A DNA stretch of 64,000 nt, taken from NCBI GenBank assembly GCA_000708835.1, contig DF237009.1, positions 124,001 through 188,000 on the forward strand, read 5' to 3'. Position 1 is the stretch's first letter; every line of letters begins with the position of its first letter. Under the pieces are notes generated by a model. That model searched no databases. It was given only the letters and a program-made list of their open reading frames with translations, and had not been told where the DNA came from. The position numbers were made by a program, and so were the translations under genes. The DNA is from Klebsormidium nitens. Taxonomy: Eukaryota; Plantae; Klebsormidiophyceae. Below are positions 37,163-50,620 of this stretch, piece after piece.

Positions 37163-37995
37163 GTTGCTGCCTTCTTCCGTTCTCCTGCACAAGCTGGCTC
37201 GAAGATGGTGTTCTCCCTGTGTCGATATCAGGTGCACTCCGGCGGCAAAAGCGCCCCTTCAATGATCAATCCTCTTGAGCTCGCTGCCAGTGCTGTGCTC
37301 AGCATTCAGAACCTCGTGTGGGAGAGATTACGAAAGGTGCAGGTTGGTGCAGGGGAATTAGTCTCGAGGACTTTTTCGGGATTTAGTCGACGGCCTATGC
37401 ATGTATATGAAAGACCCTTATACCTATATGATAGGTCAAACATTAGCTGTAGCCTGTAATACACTTCGGCCGATCGACCATTGCACTGTTTCCTGAATGC
37501 TCGTGGAGTACTTAAAATATTGAGCTCAGAACACCGATATTAAATGAACAAATATACAAAGATGCCCTCTGGATTTCTGCTGCCTCAGGCTCCTGCAGGA
37601 GGTTCCTCAAGAGAGATGCATGAGAGAACGACCTGGCTAAAAATTGAGTTAAAGCCACGACGCTCAAATGCGCTTTTTGAGTCTTTTGGTGTCTTCTTGG
37701 ACCAAGCTCTATGAAGGGAAGAGTGGTTTTTTTGCCAATGATTATCACTTCCATGCAAGCATGCAAGCTTGAGTGCACTGCAGGGCGACACGCCTTATTG
37801 TGAACCTGAGGATAGAGCATTAAGCTCTTCCGACTAGCGGAAGCTGAACGGACGGCGAGACATAAGCTGGGCAAGAGAATGCTCATCGCTCATCATCTGC
37901 TCAAATATACTGATTTGTATTCACAATAATGAACTTTGGCGCCCCCATAAACACTCAACTTCAATTCTCAACACACAGTGAATCAAGTAAATGAG

Positions 37996-38065
37996 AAGCA
38001 CCGCAAAAGTGTAGCTAACAAAGATTTAGCAAGCACCGCAGAAGTGTAGCTAAGAAATATCTAGC
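37996..38065. repeat. Two 35-bp tandem direct repeats in the DENR/Pelota divergent intergenic region
   Basis: aagcaccgcaaaagtgtagctaacaaagatttagc / aagcaccgcagaagtgtagctaagaaatatctagc, ending about 140 bp upstream of the Pelota ATG. Confidence 0.85.
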
Positions 38066-38203
38066 AGCTCTCTGAAAGAATGCGCTCTCGCCTTGGCTGC
38101 TAAGTGTCGAAACTGCCTGCTGAGTCTTTGTGTCGGTACGGTGGTGGCAACAAGCCGTAGATCCTTTTTCCTGTACCACCAAGTAAAAGTCATTGTCTCT
38201 ACA

Positions 38204-41200
38204 ATGAAGATCATTCACCGGGACAAAGATTTGCGTGATGGGGTCGGCGGTTCCATCAAGGTAGGCAGTCTGTGGTCTATCTTGTGCATGAGCAATCTAT
38301 CTTTCTGAAGGGGGGGGCTTTCCGAGTCAAGTTCTACTGGCGAAATGCTGCTCAATGGACAGCGAGCATTTTGGAGGCCAAGAGTTTCTGAATGTCACAG
38401 CGATTCTGAGGATAACTTTTCTTGGATTTCAAAACTTTAGAAGAGTCTGGAGGGAATGCCATAATATGGCTATGTGGCCACCCATCGTCTTCAGACTGCA
38501 TGATCTGGAGTGAGATCAATCACTTTAGGCAGATCAACGTTTTCCTTTTCTCAAGTCTGTACCTCTTCAATGCTTGCTGTCCTCCCTTTCACCTTCTACC
38601 TCTCAATAAGCGAATCAAATGTGCACTCCTTGTCGGAAGGCTCTCCATTGAACATAAGTAAGAGGAAAAGTGTCCACCTTTGAGCAAGGAACCTCTTGTG
38701 GGGGCTGAAATGACCGTCAAGAGCCAAGCTTGCAGATTCTCAAAATCGTTATGGTAAGTACCTCTCCCTCAAATCTGTCTCCTTCCCGTTGGTAAGGTTG
38801 TCCAATCGTTCAAGTCCTTCTGTGGAAACACTCAGCCATCACTCGTCTATTTGTTTCCTGTCTCTCAAAAGCTCCCTGTGAGTATTTCTAACTTCTTTAT
38901 CGCAACACTCCTCCCTCACCCCTGATTGTCATACTTGCACATAATCACTTGGTTGATAGCCTAACTTTCAATCAACCCCGCCATTGAATTTTCCATTTGG
39001 ATGTATCTTATGCAGATGGTTCCAGAAGAGGCGGAAGACCTGTGGCATGCATACAACCTCATTCTGGTGGGAGATCAAGTTACCGCCACCACAGTCAGGT
39101 AAGCAGACAACTTTAGTTCAGAGACGAATTGAGAAACGCTTCTTAGCTGCTGAAGAGACCAGCAGTGTGCGTAACAGTAGATGCTTGCCTCACGAGCTGG
39201 TTGCTTGACACTCCCACCAAAGGCCAGGCAATGATTTGATGTCCAGAGTCTCTGATTTGACAGTGGCTGCTGACTGACAAGGAGGATTGTGAACCACATC
39301 TCTTACAATTTTTTCTTCTGTCAAGGCCTGGTCGCATCAAGAAGTTAAGATGGAAAGTAATGTTTGCGGCAACTAGCTTCAGAAGAAATCAAACGTCTAT
39401 ATAGGACCAAACGTGGAAAAAGGTTCGCCGCTCAAGGTTGAGGCACACCTCAGAAGAAAGCCTCAAATCTGAAGCGTTATCCAAATACTTGGACGATTGA
39501 GGATCCTCGTTCTTCCTTGGTCTCATGTCTGGTTTTGATCGCCAAACCGCCCAGCGTCTTCGACTCTCTCTCGACAGGAAAGTACAAAAGGAAAGCGCCT
39601 CTGGTTCGAGTGACTCAGAGCGCGTTCGGATGAAATTGTGCATACAGGTCGAGGTGGGTTTGCGGAAGCCTGCCTCTCTTGAAGTAACCTTATGTCAGAT
39701 TCTAGATTCAAGCGAGTCCATGTTATGAACGTCACATTGCTGTTCAGAGGTTTTAAAGGCTTGGGGCTGGTCTTTAGTAAGGAAGTGACTTTGTATCGGG
39801 GCTGTTCATGCGCGTTTCGATCGGGGCCTCTGCCAATTGGAGCAACGAACCTGCTATCTCCATTGCTTTCCCGTACGTAGAACCCGATTGAAGCGGGCTC
39901 GCATCTTGTCAATCGTGCAAGCTGTTGCCCATAATATTCTAATTGATATACGATTTTTTGCTCTCTTTTCCTTTGTACGGCTCTCTTCTATTCCTATATC
40001 TTGGCTTATGCTAAAAGCAAGGCCGGTTTGAGGCCCCCTCAACTTTGCCAGCCGCAATGAAAACGCCGATCTGGAGCGGTTTCTTGAGCAGAAAATCGGT
40101 GGTTCTCTATGTTTCCCGTCGGAGACGAGAAAGTGCTTTACTTCTCGCAGGCCGTCGACTTCGACGCGACTGCCTCCGTGTTACGGCTGCGAGGGAAGAA
40201 TACCACCGAGACTGAGTATGTCAAAGTGAGCCCTCATAACCTGCAACAGCAATGAACAAAGCCCGGGTGGACGCAACCCTCTGCAGATTGCTTAGTACGA
40301 GGTCGTGGCTTCGATCGCTTTTGTTGACGATATCTCTCAGAAGGGATCGAGAAGTGCGGGATTCGTGCTTTTCCTGCTGCTAACTTTTAGCCCTTGATTG
40401 TGCGTCGAATCGATCTTAGAAGAAAGTTTTCTAAGTTGAATAGTGTGGTTGGAATAAAGTATGCCTTCTAGAGAACACAAGTCTCAGCCCGGAATGTTGA
40501 AAGGTTTCCGCTTGTCGCCCTCTGGGTCCCCTCTATGCTTGTTCCGTCCATTTGATATCGAGCGAGTGCGATTCTAAGGCCGTAAAAGAAAGGCCGTGCA
40601 CGAGCTCCGTGTTGTTGGCAGATTTTCCAGAGACGTTGCCCTTGCGACTCCTCCCTTCCTTAGAGACCAATCAACACGCTAAAGAAACTCGTAATTTTAA
40701 TCAATGCAACAACGTGCTACCGTTGCTGTGTCCCCTCTCATATTGGAAGACAAGGTACCTGTCACATCAAAAGTCACAGGAAGTCTGTGAACAGCACAGG
40801 AGGCGCTTGTCGGCCTCTTTGTGTGCTGACGTAGCAATCGACGAACTCATTCAACTGCTGACGTCTGCAGCTAGGGGCGTACCACACGTTAGAGCTAGAC
40901 CTTCAGCGCGCGTTTACAATAACAAAGGTGAGCCTACGGCTCCCAGCTCTCGATGCGCGCCTCTTTTATTGAACTAGGATCTCGGGTGACAGAAGGATGA
41001 TGACTCAATTTTAGGCAAACTCTTCTTTGAAGTATCACCGCCGCTGTAGGCTTACCATCGTTTAACGGTCAGGTCAAAAGCGATTTTTGGCAACAGCAAA
41101 GTCTTGCACGACATACCGCTTTGAAGCTGATACTGCAACAGTTGGAATCGCGTTTGTGGCCTAACGCTAGGCGTCGGGGTTCCGGCGGCCGTCGCTTGCT

Positions 41201-44200
41201 GGTCACGACGACATCCGGAGCCCGGCAATCACGTTTCTGGTCGGGGATCCGACAAGGCACCGTATAATCCCAGAAGGACTTGCACGTCTCACTCCCCCTT
41301 CTGATGGCTTGCTTAACGCTCAATTGTGCAGGAGTCGTGGGACTCCTTAGCTCTCGACAGGGTTAAGCAGGCCTCGGGTTAGTCCACTTACCCTCTTTGC
41401 ATCGTATGAGTTGCTCTGATCGTTGGCTGCCCCATCAACCTCAACTTTTTGCCGCTTCCCGCTTCTCCGTATCCCTGCTCTCCTGTTGGCGCAGTTTTTT
41501 GACGTTGCTTGTGTCGCAGCTTTGACAACCTGAGCTTACTTGTATTGATGATTCCTTTCCTATATTGCTGAACATCACAACGTCGACAAAGGCTCTCAGA
41601 GAAGCTTTCTGACGTCTTCGGTCTCTCTGCTCGCGCAGATCCCACAGCAAACGCCGACCTAGTTGTTATCATGATGCAAGAGGGGCTCGCGCACATTTGC
41701 TCAATAGGGGGGAGGTAAGCCGCTGACCCGCCGCCCAGAACGTAACCTGGCCCCGTAAGCTGCCCCTTACGAGCGCCATAATCTCCCTCAACGTGATGAA
41801 CCTGCCTCTTAATCTGTCGCGACTCTCTTGTGGCAACGGGCGGCCGGTGACAACGTGCTTCGACGTGATACACGAAGTGTTCTTCAGCCAAACCTACTGA
41901 GTTCCTACTTCTATGGTTCAAGGTGACGAGAAATTCGAGGTTACGAAGCAACGACGGCTTTTGTGATCTATGAAGGTGATACTCTTTCTTCGAAAACGTA
42001 CAAAGCGGTTGGAAGCGAGCCCTCTCTCCACCACATCACGATACGACTTAAGAGACACTGAAAGGTTTGCCGTTTACTCCTTTCTATGACCACGATACGA
42101 AATGGGGACTCATGATATCAGGCTCTTTGGTCCTCGATTTCCGGTTAGCGTCAGAGCCGTCCACTCGAAGATCTCCAAAGCGGCAACGTTTCTAAGCATG
42201 GTTTTACCCATGCTTTTTTAGATTTTTTTTGATGCGGTGCCAATTGACACCAACTCTCGCTTCTCTACCAGCGTCACGGCCGTACGCGCAAAGATCGAGA
42301 CGTCCATACCACGGAAACGAGGGCCCGCGATTGCCGGCTATGACAAGGCAATCAACCGCTTCTTCGAAAATGTGCTACAGGTGACGTCAGCTTGCCCCTT
42401 CTGGAATTCTGTCCGTGCTGGTTGGCGAGTTGAAGCCGAAACATTTAGTCACAGTCCAAGGTGTTTCCACAGTCATTCAGATTTACTGTGTCCAATACCT
42501 AGACTGCAGGTTGTTCCCCGGACTGCCGCTCTGAGATCGGCTCCTTGTAATAAGGGGCTTTAAAACCTGGCTGATCGACATTCCGTAGACGGATCTTTCC
42601 TTGGAACTTCCTGCTCCTTGCATGTTCTTTTCTCAAAAAGGATGCTCGTTCGAGTCCGAACAGAATTGTGTGAACGTGTGAAATTCAAACACGTTCTGAA
42701 ATTGACGTTGCCTCACCGAACGGATTTGGAACGCGTTCCAATCCAAAAGGACGTGCATTCGTTCACTTGTTCTCCCCCTGAAGATTCTTCTTGCATCATC
42801 GTTCCGGGTACTCACCTCTGCCCTTTCATCGCAAGCAGTGATGTCGGTTGTCATGTTTGCGGTCGCAGACCTTCAGCATCGGATCAGTCCGGCACCCCTG
42901 TGTCAAAAGTATGTTGCATGTGTTTTCTCTGAGACGTTCCCGTCGTTGTTTCCACAGGCCGTGATTCGGCATGTTGACTTTGCCGTCGTGCGGTGTCTCA
43001 TCATAGCAAGCCCAGGCTTCACGAAAGACCAGTTTCTGGAGTACATGAATCTTGAAGCGGTCCGGAAAGACATTCGGCCCATCATAGAAAACAAGCAGCG
43101 GATCATTCTCGCGCATTCCTCCTCCGGCTACAAGTGAGCCACTTTTGTCCCTCTCTTTCCAAGAAGGCTCCAGTTGTCATACATATTGGATGTTACTTGC
43201 GATACAAAAAATAACCAGAAAGCGTGTGACCAATCTTTTGGGTCTCCATAGTTTTCCAAGGTCTGGACGTCAGCTTACATATTCAGATTGGTGGTTCGAT
43301 GGAGGTAGAAGAAGTTCTGCAATTCGTTCCGGACTGATGCTTCACTCCTTCCGGCTTTTCGAGTATCCGTTTCCTTTTCAAGCTTGCTCGTTACCCTGCG
43401 TGCGGTTAACAACGAGGTGTAACAGCACTAACGTGATTGATGACATCTGTTGATGCAATAGAACCTCCAAAATGTCATTTCTATGAGGTACCGTGAGAAA
43501 GTATTCTGAACGCATCAAAGATTCTAAAGTTGAGTAAAGGTGGTAAGTTTTTCCTTCGTCGTACTTTCGTACACTTGTCCGAGAAAGGCGAAACGATCTC
43601 AGTTTCGCGATTCAGGCACCTGTTCCGTCACCGTGCACCGTGCTGCATTGTTGCTACAAATTCTTTTCACCCTCACCTCGTCCTCACTAGAAAAAACAAT
43701 TTGGGCTCATTATGCGAATTTGATTAGTCTTTTCCACCTCCATCTCGTCCTCACAAAACAAACGGTTTGGTGCTCACCATGTGAGGCAAGCTTCATCCAC
43801 TTCAAAAATTCGTTCTTTTCTCCTCAACTCAACAAACCCGCTTTACAACCCGACTTCAATACTCATCAGTTCGTCCCACGTAATGGCGACCAACTTCGCG
43901 GGGCTCAAGCAGTGACTGTCGCCCTTGTCTGGCAGGCACTCTCTGAAAGAGGTCCTGACGAACCCCGCCGTGGTCACCCAAATGAAGGACACTAAATCCT
44001 ACAAGGAGGTCCGAGCTCTCGAGGACTTTTTTGCCATGCTTTCAAGTGTGAGTGGGCGCGCTTCTGCTTCCCTTCTCCTAGCTTGAACCTTTCTCTCCTC
44101 CGCGGACTTGTGTCGTGTTTTGGAAAAAGCTGCGCTCCTGTCCCTGCCCCGTCTCCCCTGATCTTTCAGTTTCCACAATCAATGATTTGTCTTTTCAAAA

Positions 44201-45469
44201 GTGACCGTCGGTTTCCGAGGGAAAGCTTCTGTCGGTGTTGTGCATCTTTCTTTTTCCCAGGGAAAAAAGGGGATTTCCAATTCACTGACAGAGGATCTGA
44301 AGTATTGAAATCCTACGGGTTTCAAAAGTGACGGCCGACGCTGGCTAGTAGGACACGGGTAAACGCCTGAGAACTGTTTAGCATTCCCGTAATCAACGGC
44401 TCTGAGCCGTCGCCTTTGCAGGACCCTGCGCGCGCATTTTACGGGCCACGCCACGTGGAGGCCGCCCATGAGCGGCTAGCAATTCAAACACTGCTACTAA
44501 CGGACGAGCTCTTTAGGTGAGGCACCCGTTTTCCCTTCCATCTGGGCCTCACCCTTTGGGGTTTGATGCGAAAGAGTTCGTACGAAGCATGGGTGATTTG
44601 TCATACTATCGTAATTCTCTTACTCCGACTCCTCTCTTCCCCCTTTTTATCATATATCATCCATTCTCCGCTCCGCTCTTGGTCGTTCTCAGATCCGCGG
44701 ACGCCAAATCGTGCTGTTGCTTCATAGTCCTTCTGTCTCCATTGTTATGCACTTTCACTTCAGTTTGTCTTCTCGCCTCTCTGCCTTGTTTTAACCATCT
44801 TATCCTCAGCTCCGCCTCGCTCTTTGGTTTCTCAGAAATGCGGACGTCCAGCAACGACGGCGGTACGTCGAGCTCGTTGACAGCGTCAAGGACAGCGGGG
44901 GGGACGTGCACATTTTCTCGTCAATGCACGTGTCAGGCGAACGTGAGCGCCACGTGTCTCTTTCTTTCCTATCTTATATCCTAAGGCAACGCGTCAATAT
45001 CTTGCTCAGCAACTTCAAATGGCGTCGTCTAGCACTTAACGGAGGTTCGCTGTCCGCTGTATGCAAGGATGATTACTGCCAGCTTTCGGGTCCTGAAGTA
45101 TTGTTTTTTCGTATTCTCTCCTTCCTTACTCGTAAACTGTCATGCCTCCTCTGACCACGTTCGTGGGTACTTGAAAGCCAATAAACGTCTCTTTTGTTCG
45201 TGACAACAAGGGACTCAAATCCGGATGTTGGTACTTAATACGGAAAGTGGACTCGATGTAACAGCCTGCTTCGTAGCAAGAATGTTTTGCAGCTGAACGC
45301 TGGAAGACGCTTGGAAAGAAATCAATCTTCGTGCAGTCTGACCATCAGTGTCGATTGTGATTGCATGCTGATGTGCTGTGCTTGTGTGACTGCAGAACTC
45401 ACGCAAATGACCGGGATAGCGGCAATCTTGCGGTTTCCCTTGCCAGACCTCGAGGACATGGAGCTATAA
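38204..45469 (+). CDS. PELO: Pelota/Dom34 ribosome-rescue factor (eRF1 family), 13 exons
   Basis: Exons 38204-38260, 39016-39098, 39578-39653, 40151-40225, 40871-40927, 41332-41377, 41639-41714, 42272-42380, 42958-43133, 43936-44047, 44422-44516, 44836-44942, 45396-45469. Motifs [81 protein letters not shown]. Confidence 0.96.
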
Positions 45470-46863
45470 CGCTTGCTGTTGCAGTCCTTATTGCAATAAG
45501 ACCATTCAAACCCGCTGTCAAATCTTCGAAACCGTCGATGATCGAGCCAAAGCTCTTGGGAGCCTGTCCTTGAAACAGGATCGGTCGACTTCACAAGCGG
45601 CATCCATTTACTCGTTGCAATTGCACGGTTGTGTAACATTGACCTCTTTATTACCGGCTTTGCCGCAAAGAGGAGATTGCAGGCCATGTTAAAACATGAT
45701 CATTGAAGCCTAGGGCCACGTACGAGCTGATCTGGTGGAAGGGTGATGGTCTTGCGTTCATGTAAGCATGTGCGGGGACAGAGCTTTGTGGAGCTTTCAA
45801 CCTTGCACACTGTTGTAAGCTGGCACAGCCTCGTACAGTGTGCTGGAATTAGTGACATTGTGGTAGTCCTACTCGAACACATCATGCATTCGGCCGGAGT
45901 CTCTTAAAGGCCAAATGCATGCACCCTGTGCTCAATGATAGCGATTGAGGATCGCGATTGCTAGGGAATTATGTGGAATGATTTGCATGAGGATAAGACC
46001 GCGGCGCGGTTTGGGTACCATCCGGCCGGCCTGCACACGTCCCGGCAAACAATGAGCTATTGTTTGTATATAGACCCTTTAGCTACCTATATGTCATGTT
46101 CAAGGTACGTATAGCGAGGCAGCGCTGGCATGTACTTGTAGCCGCGCGGCACGCGGGGCGGCCCATGGGATCAGCGTGCACAGGCTCAGTGTGCGCGGCC
46201 GCGTGATGCCGGAGGGATCCCTCTTGATGGCCCAAACGAGCGACCGCAATGTGGTTTAACATCCACGTGGTCACACTCTCACGGTCAGGATCTGCGCACT
46301 GATCCAAATTGCGAAGACGAGGGGCCTAGCCAGACCTAGCCTGGAGGAGAGAGTAGAGAAGAGCCCTGGGCCTGGGTTTCCTCCAGCTCCACAACAGATG
46401 CCACAAACGTCATTCACTTCAAAACTATAACATCTGTTGAGTCGTTCGACTACACCACTTGGGCCGCTCGCTGCTGCATATTCAGCCAATTTGGTAGTGA
46501 AGCCTGCAGTGGGAAGCGCTGTGACTTGGATGCTTGTCTATTTATTATAGCTATTCCATCAAGTGCGAAGATTTCTGGAAGGGCTCCACAACTTACAGCT
46601 GCACCTACTGTGCGATTGCATCTGTGAAACCGTGCGGCACCTTCGCTGTCGTTGTCTTTCTTAAAAGTCTGGTTGTCTTTGAAGCGTCACCAAGTGAGCC
46701 ATATGTTGAAAGACGCTGTTGGTCCGCTCTATAAGCAACAGCTCTGTTCACCTTTTCTCAGCTGTAGAGGACTGCCAGCTCACTGAGGTTGCTGTGGCTT
46801 CAACCGGCTGACGCCAAGTGTCCCCTCCTGGTTGGTAATTTTTCATTCGCCAGAGCGTTGAAA

Positions 46864-48153
46864 ATGCAGGAAGCGCAGCACGTTTTTGTGCCCCGGGAGA
46901 CATTGCCAGACAGTCTGAGCTCACTCTCCACAAGCTCGGAGAAGGCGTCACTGCTCGGCGCTCGCCTCTACGTTCACACGGTAAGTGTGCTGGCATTGAA
47001 TTACGTGTTTGAGCATCAGTAAAGGGCGGGGGTTTTGAAAGTTTGCCCCCCGGTTGACCCTGGCGATGGACAGTCCAAGGTCTTCAAATGTTAGGGGAAT
47101 GCAGTGGAGATTTGTTCTGACTCAGAGGGCCTTGCTGTTAGCTGAAGTAAGCATTGTACCCTCCTGGAGACTTGAGTTGCTTCACCGACTTTCATTGCTA
47201 AAAGTCTTGCGTTGGCGGGTATTGGGTGTGTGCTTTGCATAACGCTTTAGTAAAGCTGAGGACAGACACATGCCGAGCCTCAAGTGCTCCCAAAGAAGCT
47301 CACCACAATGGGCAAATAGGAAGGCATTGCCCGTTAGGGCTGACTGACTCGTGTCCGCCAGTAGGCTTTTAAGCATTTTTGACACTCCATCTACTAAAAG
47401 GCTCTAAGCTGCCAAAGAGATGTCCAGGAGATTGCCCGACAAACGCCAACGAAACAGCCCCTAACCACAAAGTCTTGAACTTTCCAGGCACTTCCAGACT
47501 GCAGAGTTCCATGTGCAGGAGAATGGGGTGCAATGCCCGGCTGTAAAGCTGGGGGAGAGAGGCTACCACGTACAGGGTCATCTCGTGTCCGCAGGGGCAG
47601 ACGTCGGTAAACTCCTAGAAAAGGCCGACGCGCTTGAAAACTTCCCAGCCCGCTCCGAGAAGGATGTTGTCAAGGTGAGAGCTGCGCCAGAACTGCACTT
47701 TCTGACTGATCTGCTTTTCTTATCTCTGATGCTTTCTTTTAGAAACGAACAGGAACAAATGCCCTCAATCAGCTCAAGTAGCTTGATTCGTTTACTTATA
47801 AAACCTCCCTACACCGTATGGATTTTGGAATGGGCGGAAGTTGAGATCCTGGGTAAGTGCAAAAATATTGCATCTCCAAGTACCGCAGCAACTTCGTTGC
47901 ACTTTCCCAATGGTCCAATCGAGCTGGGGGGCGCATGAATTGCTTGTCATAGTTTCAAAGACCATGAACAGAGAGGTGTCAGTCTTTTCAATTGAACATG
48001 TGGAAGTGCAACCATTTAGATGGTTCTCTAACCATTTGTGCCCCTGCACAGGTTGTCACAGAGAGTGGAAAGAGAGTGAACGCATACGTCTACCATATGG
48101 ACGAGGTTGATAAGCAGCAAGTAGTACCTGAGAACGTCTGGAAAGCTTCTTAG
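46864..48153 (+). CDS. Gamma-glutamylcyclotransferase-like (AIG2/GGACT fold) protein, about 130 aa
   Basis: Exons 46864-46980 (|GTAAGT), 47498-47674 (|GTGAGA), 48052-48153 (TAG). Pattern CPAVKLGERGYHVQGHL...LLEKADALENFP...KDVVKVVTESGKRVNAYVY fits the GGCT fold (V.G.L....L..LD..E.Y.....V.V.....AWVY). An upstream acceptor (TTCGCCAG) suggests a further 5' exon; the exon-2 acceptor choice is uncertain. Confidence 0.62.
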
Positions 48154-49351
48154 ATTGTTTGGAAACTTGAGAAAAGTGAAGTGTGTACATGTCGAGTCAG
48201 AAACAGGAGTCTCTGTTTCAAAAGGTGTTGAAGAAGCTATATGCTTGAGTGGCCCTTTTCTACCATAAAAGCAGAATACCATCTAGATTGTTTGTTCTGC
48301 GGACTTGAATGCAGTGCTCAAGTCTGTTAAAAGATTCTGGCCAAGCACTGGAACATCTCCGCTCTTCTTGTGACTATCCTTGAGATCGTTCCGGTCGTCT
48401 TTGATATCAAAAGACCCTTTTTGACTGCGTCTTACGAGCATCAATATATCCCGCTGTAATCAACCATGCTTCCGTGAATTTCTGTTGCCTGACATGCATG
48501 TTGCAGCTTAAACGTGGTCAGCCTTTTGGAAAGGTGGCGCAGCGCAGCCTGACAATAGCAGTGGAGTGTTGAGTGTACCGTCCTGAGCGTTGCAAAGGTA
48601 GTGCACGACTATGAATTCAGTGCATTTAATAGATCAACGAATCTGAAATTACCAGGACGGTAGCTTTACAAACCCAACTTGTTAGCTCTACAGGCTGATG
48701 ATTTCAAGCTTCATGTCACGCGTACTTGCTTTGTACTGCATGCAAGCTGAATATCTGGAGGCCGGAGTAGCTACTGACATACTAACACGACATGTGCCTG
48801 ATCACAATAGGGAGCTATCTAGGCGTTTGCAGAACTGGTCATGTTCGGTAATTGGTCCGGCATGATTGGTGTAGTATATTTGAACCTGGCCGGCAGGTCG
48901 GATGTATGTCATGCAAATAATGCAGATGAAGACTCACATGACCTTAGGCGAGGTGCCCTCATAGTACGCATGGGTCAATTACACCGACGCCCTTGAAGAA
49001 CGTAACGTAACTTAAATAAAATACCTTCGAAGATGATCAGTGCACAAGAAAACGCCCGCCTTGTGATCACAGAAGCCGCCGAGCCACTTGGATGTTGCGA
49101 AACAACAGACTTTCAGGACAACTTCGATACTCAAAGCATCAAAACCCTCCGTGTGCTGGTGTACAGACTTTTCGATTGTCCAGTCTTGTGTGTTTCCGGT
49201 TAATGGCGAGAAACTTCATATGAAAACATGTCCAAGTGCAATATCAGTGCCGCTTCACCTCCTGGACATGCTTCTCCCTTCCGGATCAGTTGCAATCACC
49301 AACCAACTTGATGCTTACAGAATCATATACAAGCTTGTGATGGATAGACTT

Positions 49352-50620
49352 TTACTCGGAGTCGTCCTTCTTCGGTGGTGAAGGAGGAAGAGGAGTAAAG
49401 CTGATGCCACCCCTCTTCTTCCCGTTCTTTGGTCGGGACTGCAAAGAAGATATGCAACTTCAGACGACCAGACAAGGCAACCGATTCGTCGCTGTTCGCA
49501 TCCGATTAGACTGAGCCAAGAAACGGTAGCTGTATAATCTGATATGCGACCCCATGATCCTTGAGCGGGATACAGACAGTGCAACGTTTCAAAGAAATTA
49601 CAGTCTAATTCTGTGTGCCCTGGCTTCGAAAAGCAGCCCCCCAAAGCAAGGAGTGTGATGCCTTCTACGAACTGCGAGTGTAAGCAATGAGCTACGGAGG
49701 GCGAGAGCTTTGTGGGCATACGGAGGGCGAGAGCATGTGAGCATCACTAGACCAACTGTTCACAGTCAAATTCCTTCTCAAGATTTGCTAAGCAGTAGTA
49801 TGTCCATAAAAGATTGAGGAGCACGTGGTGCTGATATGTGAGAAGAAAAACTCACGTTTCCGAACGACCCAGCGAAGATTTTCCCCTTCCGTGTCCGCTT
49901 ATCGCCCCGTCCCATCAACTCTGCATCATTTGGAAGAGAAATCCTCTAAGGGCGCCATAACTTCTCGGCGATCAGATTCGAGCATCCCAATCATAGCGGC
50001 GCAGCGGAGCGCACTTGGGAAACCTCTACAAAAGATTGCTCGATTGCCTTCAAACGTAGCCTCTGCCTTGCCACTGTGTCAGCAACAAGTCGCAGCTGTT
50101 ACAGAGTCTATCTAGTGCAGATGCAATGTGATGCTTAGTCCGACTTTGACCGCAAATCCTCAGAAGTGAAAGCTCCTCAGAAGGCGGCTGCCACTTACTG
50201 CCACTTTTTCATAACCCTAATGTACACCTTGAGCTTTTACGTCAACTCCTTCGCATCGTGCCCACGTTTTTGGCTAATGCCCTATTGAATGCACACCTAC
50301 GGCCACCAGGCTTGGCAATGGTACAGAATAGACAAGCTGCCAGAAAGAAACTCAACCCAGGCGCAGCAAAGCCTCTCCATCAGATGGTAATGATCCTGAA
50401 CCACATTACAGCTCCATAACTCGTGCTTACCTGTTTCGTTCTCCTGATGCCTTTTCGCTTCTTCCATCACAGAGTAACCGGCGGGATTTCTAGGCAATGC
50501 GGAGCAGGTGACGGTTCTGCAATGAGCCGCCTCGGTGGCGGCAGTCATGCCCGGCATTGCCATCGGCCGCAGGACCAAGGCAGCTGCGTGGCGCTGCAGA
50601 GCGAGTGCCGCGGCCGCCAT
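49352..50620 (-). CDS. PSRP4: Plastid 30S ribosomal protein bTHX/S31 (plastid-specific ribosomal protein 4)
   Basis: Exons 50620-50431 (Ala-rich transit peptide), 49920-49856, 49438-49352. Spliced core MGRGDKRTRKGKIFAGSFGNSRPKNGKKRGG...PLPPSPPKKDDSE* has the Thx signature GRGD.+T.KGK.F..SFGN.RP and a plastid-type PP.PP+KD tail. Confidence 0.88.

Noticed and set aside
37512-37886. 124-aa ORF between DENR and Pelota
   Set aside because: No motif or codon bias, and it lies in the presumed promoter region.
43660-43790. Intronic repeats in Pelota as echoes of exon 9 or 10
   Set aside because: The similarity is weak and could be assigned to either exon.
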